Source: Octopus sinensis | Lineage: Eukaryota | DNA: 64,000 nucleotides | Reading direction: 5' to 3' | Assembly: GCF_006345805.1 (NCBI RefSeq) | Contig: NC_043010.1 | Location: 18,042,001-18,106,000, forward strand | In this document: piece after piece, positions 13,020-25,695 of the stretch | How the letters are laid out: each line of letters begins with the position of its first letter | Position numbering within the stretch: position 1 is the stretch's first letter | Translations under genes and position numbers: made by a program | The notes under the pieces: generated by a model | What the model was told of the DNA's origin: nothing | Databases searched by the model: none | Seen by the model: the letters and a program-made list of their open reading frames with translations, nothing else

Positions 13020-13800
13020 GCGTGCATACACACACCCACCCACGCGCACTCACGCACACTCACCAGCCCGAAACTCTATCAGTCCGTAACAAGATACCGA
13101 TACTTATTGAAAAACACCGTTATTTCTCGCCGTATGCTGGCCTATAAATGTTTTTAGCCCATTCACGTTTCTTCCAGCCGTAGGTTTACTAAGCTTGTCC
13201 ACCTTACGATTACGTTGATAAAATTTACATAATTTTTTGTAAGGTGAAGAATTACGGACTATTCTCTCTCCCCTCTCTCTCTCTCTCTGTTACCCACGGG
13301 TTTGCCATCACCGATATCCATAAAATTTCCCCCCTTTCTTTCTCAGATCCATATGTTTGAAACGTCAGTCTTACCTAATATATACGCTTAAATAGTAAAA
13401 TGCTAAAAAAAATAAAATAAAACAAAACATTTTTCTGACACAATATCGAAATAAATGAGAAGGATTTGAACCTCCACGCCCAAATTTGTTTTAATGCTAT
13501 CAACAGAACAGTAATGTACACTTATCAGAAACGTACCTCTCCAAAATTATATTAAAAGTATTGTTTTTCGAAATTTAGGAAGAAACGAGGCCGTGAGATG
13601 GCACTCGCTTAATCTATAGTTATGGCATGTTTACCAATAGGAACTTGTTAAATATCGTTCTTGAATGGTTCGAGACGGGTTGGCCAAGCCAGACGCGTGT
13701 GTGTAAACATGTGATTGGTTGGCAAGTTTAAATAACTACACTTTATCTGTGGAACATCTACAACAATGAAAATGGGCAATTTCGTTCTGAATCGAACATA
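13020..13800 (-). promoter_or_regulatory. CpG-rich promoter-like region with candidate non-coding first exon(s) of a leftward gene
   Basis: CpG is locally retained in unique sequence. Minus-strand donors CTG|GTGAGT (exon edge 13064) and TAG|GTAAGA (13375). CCAAT box (gattggtt, about 13713) and an ACTACA motif at about 13735. No ORF. Confidence 0.45.
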
Positions 13801-13804
13801 TGGC

Positions 13805-14074
13805 GGTACTACTAGCGAACAGTGGTCCCGGTGCGCGCACACGCGCATCCGCGCTAGCTAGTCGTAAGTAGTCGATCCTACAACGACTGCCTAGCAAAGT
13901 AAATAAAACACAAAATAAATAATTTTTTTACACAAAGTAAATAATTTTTGTTAAACAAAGTAAATAAAACACAAAGTAAATAATTTTTTAAACAAAGTAA
14001 GGATCGACTAGTCATGTCTAGCTAGCGCGAGTACGCGAGTGCGCGCACCGGAACCACTGTTCTCAAGTAGTACC
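13805..14074. mobile_element. MITE with ~75-bp TIRs and 8-bp TSD, Merlin-like
   Basis: GGTACTACT...AGTAGTACC termini; exact TSD CATATGGC at 13797-13804 and 14075-14082; internal ACAAAGTAAATAA repeats. Confidence 0.85.
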
Positions 14075-14799
14075 CATATGGCTTATTGTAGATTTGTGTG
14101 TGTGCCTGCGTGCGTGTGTGTGTGTGCCTGCGCGTGTGTGTGCGTATGTGCGTCGTGCTCCAATATGTGTGGCATGATTTCTAAGGCCGGATACCCACCC
14201 ATCCTAATGCCAACCCTCTACAGCGTGCTATAAGTGGTTTTTCTCATGCCGCCAGCACTAGTGAGGTAGTAAGATCATCATACAGCTTGCAAGGCCACAA
14301 GCCTCAAGTAGAGGGGGGTGGATTTATGTCAGGAGCATAAAGAGTTGAGAGGGGGAAAGTATGAGAGAAAAAGGGCCAACTCAGAACAGGTTCTTGCTGA
14401 ATAAAAGCTACATGACTACTCACGTTTTAGAACAAAAGATTGGGGGGGGGGCTAGAAATCGGTGATGAGATGTCAGGGTGAACCTTCAAGGAATAAGAAG
14501 GGCAGGGGTGCCAGAAGAGAGTGGGTGGAGTGGCAGTTGTCTAACAGTGTGGGGCAGTAGAATAGAAATGATGATACAGTAAATAGGGGGATGGAAAAGA
14601 GCTGATATGCTGTTGGGTAGGATGCAGGGGTGGATGGGAAGAGAAGAGGCAGGTGCAGTGTGTGAAGAAGAAGGTGAGATGTATGGTGGGGCTAGAGGAG
14701 AGGAAATTTGGTAGGACTGTAGGTGAGTGGGTGCTTAATGACAGTATGGGTGGGGATCAGAAAGTTAGATAACAAGTGAAGTGGTTCTGGGTCATAAGA

Positions 14800-15195
14800 A
14801 AAGTGGTCAAGAAGTTTGTTTCCCAACCACATGGTTCTGGGTTCAGTCTCATTGTGTGGCACTTTGGACAAGTGTTTTCTATTATAGCCCTGGGGTCAAC
14901 CAAAGCTTTCTAAGTGGATATGATAGATGGAAACTGAAAGAAGCCCATTGCATGTAGATATACATACATACATATGTGTGTTTGTATCTGTGTTTGTTCC
15001 CCCCCCCCACCACTTGACAACCAGTTTTGGTGTGTTTATATCTCTGTAGCTTAGCAGCTTGGCAAAAGAGACTATTAGAATAAGTACCAGGCTTTAAAAA
15101 TATCAATAAGTATTGAGGTCAATTTGTTTGATTAAAATTCTTGAAAACAGTGCCCCAGCATGGCCACTGTCCAATGGCTGAAACAAACAAAAGAT
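14800..15195 (+). mobile_element. SINE family B
   Basis: Match to 53522-53880. Confidence 0.8.
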
Positions 15196-15399
15196 AAGAG
15201 GAGGAGGAACTGCAGTTGGGGAGGTGATGGGTGGTGTGTGTTTTAAGGAGGAAGGGAATTGGGTGGAGGGCCTAGTTGTGCGCACACACACACTCTCTCT
15301 CTCCCTCCCCTCCCCTCCTCCATCCTCTCTCTCCCCTCCCTCCCTTAGCTCTACCTACAGAAGCTCGGTTTTGCTGATGTGGATGAGTTTTCTCAAGAA

Positions 15400-16060
15400 C
15401 CTCATATTGTCAGTCATCCTGACCCTTTGTCAACCTGAGGTTAGTCTTTACCATCTCATCCCTTGTCTTCCTAGGTCTCCTACTTTTGCAAATTCCATTC
15501 ACTTTTAGTGACTGGATCTTCATTATACAGCTATCCTCATCTATGCACATCAAATACCAGCGCAGCCTTCTTTCCTGCCCACAACATCTGATTTCTCTTA
15601 TGTCCAGTTTTTCTCTCAGCACATTTATAATACATCATTCATGCACACAGCACATGTTTACCTCATTTCTTTCCAGTCTTCTCAAGTCTTCTGCATTCAA
15701 AGTCTATATCTTAACACCATGCAGCATTGCAGTTCTAATACAAACATCGTACAATCTGCCCTTTGTTTTAAAGGAAAAGATCTTTGTTGACAGTAGTGGT
15801 AGTAACTCCCTAGAGGGGACTGAGGAGTGAACCTTAATGGACTCTTACCTTTATATTAAATTCCTCACTGAAATTATTGCTGAATCTCTCTTAAATCACT
15901 ACATCCTTGTACGTAGCTTGTACAGCTCTCACAAGCCATTCATCAAAACCTAGTCTCCTTACTAACCACCAAATTACTGAGCATGGCATCCGTCAAAAAG
16001 ACTCTAAATCAATAAAAGCCTGTAAGTATTTATGTATGCATTATTGCTACCTAAGCTTAT
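15400..16060 (-). mobile_element. Decayed RTE LINE fragments
   Basis: Minus strand reads AFIDLE...VIWWLVRRLGFDEWLVRAVQATY...VRVH*GSLLSPL and LREKLDIREIRCCGQERRLRWY. Confidence 0.75.
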
Positions 16061-16335
16061 GAGAATATTGCACTTACAGGTATTGTAATTTCAGGATACA
16101 GTCTGTAATTTTGCCCTTATGGAAAATTGGATGAATTTTAACAAATTCATCATCATCATCATCATCATCGTTTAATGTCCATTTTCCATGCTAGCACAGG
16201 TTGGATGGTTCGACCGGGGTCTGGGAAGCCAGAAGGCTGCACCAGGCTCCAGTCTGATCTGGCAGTGTTTCTACAGCTGGATGCCCTTCCTAACGCCAAC
16301 CACTCCGTGAGTGTAGTGGGTGCTTTTTATGTGCC

Positions 16336-18169
16336 GGACTGATCGGAATGCACACTGGCGTGCATTCGCAGAGCGGACGGAAGGGGCAGCGGCCTGTGGT
16401 GACTCACGCAAACTCTACCAGCTGGTGAAGCAGGCTAGCCGAGGCAATACGGGTATCAGTGAGATGATCCGTGATCGGACTGGCGTGGTCATTACGAATC
16501 TCAGTGACCGGCTGGATCGATGGCGGGACCACTTCTCCGAGCTGCTCAACCATCCGCCACCATCTTCACAAACTTTCGTACAGCCAACTGGGTACAACTA
16601 CGGTTGCAGCACTGCCCCTCCAATGGTCGAGGAGGTACGCGGTGTCCTGACCTGTCGCCAGGTGAAGATGGTATTCCAGCAGAGGTGTACAAAGCTGAGC
16701 CAAATGTCTTTGCATCGAGTCTTCTCCGCGGTGTGGGCGACAGAGCATTTCCCTGAGGACTGGAGTGATGCAACCCTCCTGCCGTTCTTCAAAAAAAGGC
16801 GACAAAAAGCTGTGCTCAAACTATAGCCTTATCGATGTTGCTGTCAAATCCTTCGCAATTCTTCTACTGAAGACGTTCCAGACTGTCCGTGATGTCCGTA
16901 CCCGCTCTTAGGTGGCTTCCGTCCAAGAAGAGGATGTGTCGATCAAATCTTCAACCTCCGGCGTGTTCTGGAACAAAGTGGGCGTACCAGTAAACCACTG
17001 TTCTATGCTTCATCGACTTCGCTGCTGCCTTTGATTCGGGAGGCGCTGTGGCACATAATGCAAGCGGACGGTATCCCAGAGAAGCTGCTCTGCCTCATAC
17101 AAAGTTACTACCGATTGACTCGAGCATGCGTCAGGGTCTATGGTGAGCAGACGGCGCCGTTTGATGTTGGGACTGGTATGTGGCAGGGGTGTGCGCTGTC
17201 GCCAACCCTCTTCAACTACGCCATTGACTACGTTCTCAACACCACGCTCCAGGACTACCAGGGCATAGAGGTTGGGAGAGGAGTCATGGTGACGGACCTG
17301 GCCTACGCGGACGACATTGTACTGATGGGTGCAAGCAGGGAGGATGTTCAAGCAGCTCTCAGAGGGGTTCAAACAGCTCTCAGAGGGGTTCAAACAGCAG
17401 CAGCCGTGGTTGGTCTCCGAAACAATGCCGCCAAATCAAAGGTGATGAGGTCGTTGGTTCCGACTGACATCTGGCAGCCAATATCTCTCGCAGACGAGGA
17501 CCTGGAGGATGTGGAGTCTTTCGTCTACTTGAGCTCAACGATGATCCCAAACGGTCAGGGTGCAGCTGAGGTCGATCATCGCATCAATGCTGCTCGATCT
17601 GCCTTTGGATGCCTAAAGTGGTGTCTGTGGGACCGAAGAGAGATCTCATCGGTGACCAAGGGGCGAATATATCAGGCCGTCGTTTGTACAGTACTTCTCT
17701 ATGACTTGGAAATTTGGCCTATGTAGGTGGTCGATCAACAAAGGCTGGAAGTCTTCGACAATGACTTTCTCCGGTGCATTCTTCGCTGCTGTCAGGTGGA
17801 TCGAGTTCCCACCACCAATCTCCGACTTCGCCTGTCTCTGTGGCCCCTTCCATCTGTCCTTCTGCAACAGCGCTTGCGGTGGTTTGGCCATGCATGTAGG
17901 CGTCCAATGGGTGAACTGAGCCATGATGTCCTTCTCCCAAGTCCACTTCTCAACTGGCGGAAATGCGCGGGCGGGCAGCTCAAGACCTGGGTTATGACGA
18001 TCAAGGAGGACCTCTCCGTGCTCACGGAACCGCAGGTGCTTGTCCTGCACTGATGGAACCGTGAACTGGTGCAGGACCGTTGTGCGTGGGCTGCCATGGT
18101 TCGAGATGCCTTGAGGGTGGTAGAAGAAGCCGACTCAACCCGCCCAGGGTGAATGTCGCCACAAGTAAG
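16336..18169 (+). mobile_element. 5'-truncated RTE-clade non-LTR retrotransposon (RT pseudogene)
   Basis: RT motifs GMWQGCALSPTLFN and DLAYADDIV; C-terminal RLRWFGH...WRK..GGQLKTW; frameshifts and stops; 3' tail AAGTAAGT; TSD TATGTGCC (16328-16335) / TACGTGCC (18170-18177); inserted in a SINE-like repeat. Confidence 0.92.
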
Positions 18170-20602
18170 TACGTGCCAGGGGAGGCTGGCAGTGGCCACG
18201 ATTGGTTGGTGCTTTTTACATGCCACCGGCACGGAAGCCAGTCAAGGTGGCGCTGGCATCGACCACATATGGATAGTGCTTTTTATGTGCCACCAGCACA
18301 GGTACCATAACTACAATGTCCATTTGATATTTATTTTGATGTTGGTGTATTTGACTCAATAGGTCTCCTCAGGCACAGCAGGTCACCCTATGATCCAAGG
18401 TAAGCACAGCAGGTTGTTCTGCAATCCAGGTACTTTTGATGGGCTGGGGCTATGCGAAACTGGTGCAAGAAACAGCCATGAACTCACATTATTTGTCGGG
18501 TCTTTGCAGTCAAAGCATATCTCCAGAGATCTCAGTCTTTTGTCATTGCCTCTGTGAGGCCCAACGTTTGAAGGTCATGCTTGACCACCTCATCCCATGT
18601 TTTACTGGGTCTACCTCTTCCCCGGATATCTTCAACTGTTTGAGAGTGGCACTTCTTCACACATCTCTCCTCATCCATCCGTAGTACATGACCATACCAG
18701 CGCAAACGTATTGTAAAACTATAATCATAGTGTGTGTATTCTCTTGAGTTACAATGAATATCAACCTATTGACCTTCACTACGACTACCACTGCCCAGCA
18801 TCAACACAAAAATCAATACCAACCTGCTAACTTCTTCATAACTGACAACAGCAACAATAGTTCAAACAAGATAAGCAACTCTGTCTAAAATATAAAAAAC
18901 AGAAACACAAGATAATGTAGTTTCCTATTGTATTTTAAAAGTTGCATGAAATGTCTTTGATCTTAGTTTAGTAAGGATTAACCTGACACCAAACAGCAAC
19001 AACAATACAATTAACAAAAGTACTATGATCTTCTTCACAGTCACTTACATGCAAACCAATACAATCAACACCACTACTATTACCAACCCCACCAACATTT
19101 GTGAATAACAGTTTTAGCATGGTAGCATTGTCTGTAGCTACATAGGTTTTATGTCAGTACAACAATGTGTGTGTGTGAGAGAGAGAAGAGTGTGAAAATT
19201 TTATGGCTCAAGTCAGAGATGCAAGATGCAAAGATCTTATGAACCTGATTACACTTCAATAGCTGTAATCATACTGTACTTCTTCACCCCTTCAGGCTTA
19301 CATCTTCTTGTATCCATTCTTACAACCACAAGAATAAAGTAACAGTCTTTTGCTGTCAGAAAACAGTTCTTTCCTGGTGTTATTTGATTTTACTCCATAT
19401 TTGTTGTGTTGATTGCCACTGCTGTTGAATTTACCTATGATTCTAGATGTCTGGAAACAAGTCATCAAGCAGGGCTAAAGGCAGTTGTGTAAAAAGGAGC
19501 CTTAAAGAGGTTATGTAAATATTAATCTGGATTTTTTAAAAAGGCTTCCAGGAGAAAATATCTGCTAATTGCCAAAGTGAGCACAATATGTGACAATAGA
19601 GAGAAAATTAAATCAAGTGCTTAAGAAGTTAATCTGTTAAATACTTGGATTCTGTTCTTTTCCTCGATCTAGTATGATGCTTAAAACACAATGCCTCTTG
19701 AGTGTATGCAGGGAGGCATCAGACTTGATGTTATGTGCTGATAAGCATGATGGAGAAAAGTAAGAAAGAAAAGCCAAAGGTTTTGGGTGATGAGTTGCAG
19801 AAAGAGTAAGATGAACTGTTTTATGGGAAACCTTTTCTGGTTACTAAAGGCTGTATTGAAAGGTCTAAGAACCTCTATAACACTACCCCATCTCTTCCTT
19901 TCACTGACTCTCTCCTTACAACTTCTTTGGCTCCTTACAACTTCTTCGGCTCCTTGTCATTCTCATATTTATCTCTTTCATACAACCACTCCACTCTTTC
20001 CACCTGCTTCTATCCACCCCTATTACAAATAGCATTGGCTCTCCTTCAACTCAACCCACCTCATCACCTTTTCTACTTTTTTGTCTCTCTCTCTCTCTCT
20101 TTCTCTCTCACTTGTCATAGTACTCTTTCCCTGCCATTTCTCCGTCCTTCTCTTACCTCTGTTATTCTCTTCACTGCCACCCCCTTGCAACAATCAACCT
20201 GTTCCTCCCACCACACTCTAAATTCTCTCAACACTTCATATAAAGTCTCCCTCCTATACTTTTCCTCAGTCTTGGATCTCTTAAGCCTTACAAATTATGA
20301 GCTGACCTCATTTGTGCTTCTGTCAAAAAAAAATGCACTCAGTACCCTCGTGAAGTGGCTACAATTCAAGCAAAGACAATAGCAGTTGGAGAAGACCCTT
20401 CAGTATTGTTGAAGGAGGCATGGCAACATCAATAGAGCTGTTGCCATAAGAAAATGGTCCCAGTATTTGTAAAGGGGTTGATGTTATGAAGGGCACCCTG
20501 TCCAAACATATTTGTGTGAAATGTATTCCTCCACACCCATTAGATCCTGTTGAATTGTCCAACTGATGTCAGCATGGATCATAAACATAAAATGATATTG
20601 AT

Positions 20603-20655
<53 letters not shown>

Positions 20656-22199
20656 TTGTTGACCCTCACAGAGGAGATAACAAACAGTGATATGTGGTGC
20701 TTGAGAAGATTTATCTGTCTTGGCAAAAAACGAGGTCTCCAAAATATTTTGTTAACGTCAATGCTTCTGTACCTGTCAAACCTTCCCAGCAACTCTTCTT
20801 CATAACACCCACACCTCCTTCAGATTCCATTAGTTCTGGTGTCATGAGAAAAGCACACAATATGCTCTGCAAAATGATTGGCATTAGAGAGGGCATCTAA
20901 CTGTAGAGACCTTGTCAAAAGGGACACTGGAAACCACTGCAGCCCTTTGGTTAGTTGGATCCTGGTCAACCCATCCAACCCTTACCAGCATAGAACATGG
21001 ACGTTAAATGATGATGATAATGATTTATTGGAAACATGACTGTTTAGATTTTATCTTTTTTTATTAGGATTTTTACATATCTGCATACCTGGCCATTGTG
21101 GTTTGTTTGGAACAATAAAGTTCTGAAATTCATTGCATCATTGTTTCCAGATTACCTCTGCCTCATCTTCAGGATATGGAGTAGTGTTGGTTTCTGTGCT
21201 GTCCTTTTTTATAGAGGGTAACTTTTGTTTTTGCAGACCTAACAGCCAGAATTTAGTTTAAGCAGATCTTACAGTCAGAAGCTGACTGTCAGGGCTTTAG
21301 GTTTATCAGATTTGTATTTTGGTCATTAGAGCTACACTTCATTATTGATGTGTTTATCTTGTTTATGACATGTGTTTGTTGGGTTTGGATGTAGAAAAGA
21401 GAGGCAAACAATAACTGGCTTAAAGAATTTGTTTGTATGAAAAGATATATATACAACTTACATGATGTAATCAATCTGTTTTGGATGACTGGTTGCTCAT
21501 GTTTTCTGATGAGGAAATCATGACTTTGCTGCATAGATCTATCAAACTTCATGCTAGTTACTCTACTTACAATATTACCTCAATATTGGACATCATTGCA
21601 TAATATGCTCACTTATATGAACCAGTGACTGATTATTCAAAACAGCTGTAAAGATGAGGCTTGATTACATCATGTGAATTGTTTAGGCAACTTTTCACAT
21701 AAATACATTCCTTACACCTGATAATATTTGTGTATTTTTTCTTCTTCATATATATATATATATGCTTTATATATACGAGAATAAATAGCCTTGGACCAAA
21801 TCATTGGTGGCCCCTTGGCAAGGCCTAGCACCTGCTAACCACCCAAACCAAAGTTGTTCTTATATACTTAAGCATTACCTAGCCCTGATGAAGAAGTTTG
21901 GGTTTAAGTTTAGGATTTCCCTGGGAATTGCCTGGTAACTATCAACACACACACACACACACACACATGAGTGAGTGAGTGAATAAATGAAAAAAAGTAG
22001 CATTCAGTGCACTTGTTTGGAGCTACATCTATTTAATAACAGTTTCACTCAACTCCACATGACACATCCCTCTCATCAGATCTTTGGGGTCAAAATGGAG
22101 GGTTTGAAAGAAATTCAAAAATGGCTTCTAAATGTTTGGGCCTCTATTGATCAGCTTAGATCACCTGATATTAAAGCAACAGTTTTTCCTTTATTTTTG

Positions 22200-23250
22200 G
22201 GCAGCATGTTAGCAGTGAGGTTCAACATCTTGAGATCAGCCCTCACTGCTTCATTCCACATTTATGGATCTCCCTCTTCCACAAGTTCCATCCACTTTGA
22301 GCAATCAGCATTTCTTTATACAGCTGTATCATCCATATACATCACATGACCAAACCAACACTCCTTTTGCATGCTACATTTGATTCCTTTTGTGCCTAAT
22401 TTTTCTCTCAACACATTTACATGATGTTGTACATGTTCAGTGATGCTGCATATTCATTGGAGCAATATGAGCTTCGTTCCTCTCTTGTTTATGCATGTTA
22501 GCTGCATTCAAAACCCATGTCTCACTACCGAAGAGTATAACCATTCATACACAAGCATCATACAATTTGCTTTTCTTTCTGAAGAGAAGCCTTTCGTTTC
22601 AACTATATTTTCAGACTTTCTTCTCCACTACTGATTAGGTTGCCTAGGTAACAGAAACTGTCTACTGACTCTAGGGAACCTCCTGGGCATTTGAGAGAGT
22701 CCAAATCCTGTGTGTCCTTAGTATTGGTCACTCCTGTGCATCTACTACATACAAAGACTATTTTCTCTGTTAACCTTCCTATGATTTCACTACACCTCGT
22801 CTGAGTCCATAGCTGGCACTGGGTACCCCATATGAAATTCCTTCCAATACTTTTACTCCCTACCAAGCAGGGCCATTTACCTAGTGAAAAGAGTCTTGTC
22901 CATTTTCTTGCTCACTACAACTTCAGTTTTTACTAGGTTAACTTTTAGATCCTTTCACTCCAGATTTTGCCTCCACACCTGTAATTTCGTTTCTAATTCC
23001 GCTACAGATATTGCTATAAGAGCAAGGTCATCAGCATGTAGTAGTTCCCAAGGGTGGCCAGTCCTAAATTCTTTTAATGGCCTGAAGGATTGTGATAAAT
23101 AGGAAGGGATTCAATACTAAGCCCTGGTGCACTCCTATTTGTACACTAAATTCATTGCTGTCCTGATGGCTGCTAACTCACACTACTGACACCACTCCTG
23201 TACATGGCTTGTATGCCTCCAACAAGTCTTTCCACTACTCCAGGGGTACT
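22200..23250 (-). mobile_element. Decayed RTE LINE RT fragment, cut by a SINE at about 23257
   Basis: Minus strand reads RTGHPWELLHADDLALI and LESVDSFCYLG. Confidence 0.75.
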
Positions 23251-23256
23251 CCGTTG

Positions 23257-23493
23257 AAAGCGGCGAGCTGGCAGAATCGTTAGCACGCCAGGCGAAATGC
23301 TTTGTGGGTAGTAAAGAAATAGATATTTTGTCTGCCACTGCGTTCTGAGTTCAAATTCCACCGAGGTCAACTTTGCCTTTCGTCCTTTCGGGGTCAATTA
23401 AATAAGTACCAGTTACGCACTGGGGTTGATATAATCGACTTAATCCGTTTGTCTGTCCTTGTTTGTCCTCTCTGTGTTTAGCCCCTTGTGGGT
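23257..23493 (+). mobile_element. SINE family A carrying an internal 3'-tail fragment
   Basis: Family A consensus with TTGTGGGTAGTAAAGAAATAG present at about 23302-23322. Confidence 0.8.
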
Positions 23494-23991
23494 TTATGAA
23501 TGCCACACACACGCACACATGCATATGCAACAGGCTTCTTTCAGTTTCTGTCTATCAAATCCACTTGCAAGGTTTTAGTCAACCTGAGGCTCCAGCAGAA
23601 GACACTTGTCCAAAGTGCCACGCAGTGAGACTGAACATGAAACCCTTTAGTTGGGAAGCAAACCTCTTAACTACACATGCATATGTACAAACTTCCCTGG
23701 AAGTAGTTTTTTCAAAAGATTAAGTTTTTCAAGTGAGCATACAGGACATCACTTGAAAAGCTTTATCTTTTGAAGAATCTGTGAACCTCTAGGGACTGTA
23801 TAAACCCTAAGAGCGAAATTTTCTCATGTCCACACAAGGCTTAACCCATTACTTGGCTGTGATTCTTTTGAGCTCTAATCAGTGAATATATTCCCCCTAT
23901 GCCATCATGTATGTAGCAATATATCCATTGCCCTCACCTAACTGGATGCACAAACATCTAAACATTGATAACCCCCCTATATCTTGACTTC

Positions 23992-24456
23992 CTGGCAGAA
24001 ACGTTAGCGCGCCGGGCAAAATGCTAGCAGTATTTCATCTGTTAAGGTGGTGAGCTGGTAGAAACGTTAGCATACTGGGCGAAATGCTTAGTGGTATTTC
24101 GCCTGCCGCTACGTTCTGAGTTCAAATTCTGTCGAGGTCAACTTTGCCTTTCATCCTTTCGGGGTCGATTAAATAAGTACCAGTTACGCACTGGGGTCGA
24201 TATAATCGACTTAATCCATTTGTCTGTCCTTGTTTGTCCTCTCTGTGTTTAGCTCCTTGTGGGTAGTAAAGAAATAGGTATTTCGTCTGTTGTTATGTTC
24301 TGAGTTCAAATTCCGCCGAGGTCGACTTTGCCTTTCATCCTCTCGGGTCGATAAATAAAGTACCGGTTTCGACTGGGTCGATGTAATCGACTTAATCCCT
24401 TTGTCTGTCCTTATTTGTCCCTCTATGTTTAGCTCCTTGTGGGTAGTAAAGAAATA
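23992..24456 (+). mobile_element. SINE family A nested in another family A copy
   Basis: Inner copy 24044-24277 flanked by GTATTTCATCTGTT / GTATTTCGTCTGTT. Confidence 0.85.
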
Positions 24457-24967
24457 TATCTTCCCACTGTTTTTCTTTTGAGCTTCTCAATGGCTTACAA
24501 AATTTTTACAATTATAAGAGCTTGGCTTGATTTACTGTTCAGTGAATTATCTCCCTTTAATCAATCTGTCTTTTTTCCCCACCAGGTATTCTCATTTAAT
24601 CCTCGCTTATCTCATATGTAGTTGTTAAGCCACCATGTTGACATTATCAGCTTGAGAAATGATGAAATAGATTTAATATTCCTGCCAGGAAACTCTGGGT
24701 TGAGGAATTTCACATGGTGTTGTGTGGTTTTTATGAATATCTTCACTCACTTGAGTGAGTGGTCTACTACTTGTTAAGCTTGTTGAACCGCATGTGTATG
24801 TATATACACATATATGTATGTGTATGAATGTCTGTCTATACAGATGTATAAATACTGTTTTTGTTTAAATTATATGAGAAGAAACCAGTTTATATAATGT
24901 GTATAACAGCATTCATGTTGAATCCCATGTATCTGTCTGTTTTACCCTAATAAAATTATCTTTTATT

Positions 24968-25008
<41 letters not shown>

Positions 25009-25127
25009 GATAGACAGATAGATAGATTGTCTTTATATATGTACTTATGTAAGTTTAAAACTATGTGTATCATTGTAATAATCTGCATCTAAAATTTTGT
25101 GTCTATCTAAGCATATGATAATGTGTG

Positions 25128-25160
<33 letters not shown>

Positions 25161-25249
25161 ATATATATACATATACCGGAGTAAACACATAAATGTGAAA
25201 CAAGGTGGAAAAAAAGAGTACTCAAATACATGGTAGAGTAATATGCTTA

Positions 25250-25695
25250 TTTTAAGCAGCAGAAAATTCAACAAAATCTGTTACTCTGAGTTTCTCGTTG
25301 CCGTTCATCAGACAGTTTTTGCTAGAATGGAACATATATATTAATCATCTATACTCTTACAAACGCTACACCTTTAAAAAGAAATGGACTTGTTTGATTG
25401 GCCTTTAGAAAAAACGGTCAATCTTCGAGCGATAAACAAAAAGGTCAAAAATATATGTATATATATATAAAAAAACTTATAAAAATTATAAAAATTATAA
25501 AATCCGAGAAAAAATTATAAAAATTATAAAATCCGAGGAAAAAACCGAGGACAAACAAGTCCATTCTTTTTAAGGTGTTGTTGTAAGAGTATAGATTGAA
25601 TTAATGTATATATATATCTAGCAAAAACTGTCTGATGAACGGCAACGAGAAACTCAGATGTAACAGATTTGTTGAATTTCTGCTGCTTAATAAAG
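25250..25695. repeat. Inverted duplication of a Penelope-like LTR fragment around an AAAATTATA-repeat spacer
   Basis: 25250-25400 is the reverse complement of about 25550-25695, with many small indels. Confidence 0.75.

Noticed and set aside
21200-21720. Possible Penelope RT remnant (KRYIYN similar to RYIDD)
   Set aside because: Too degenerate to call by eye.
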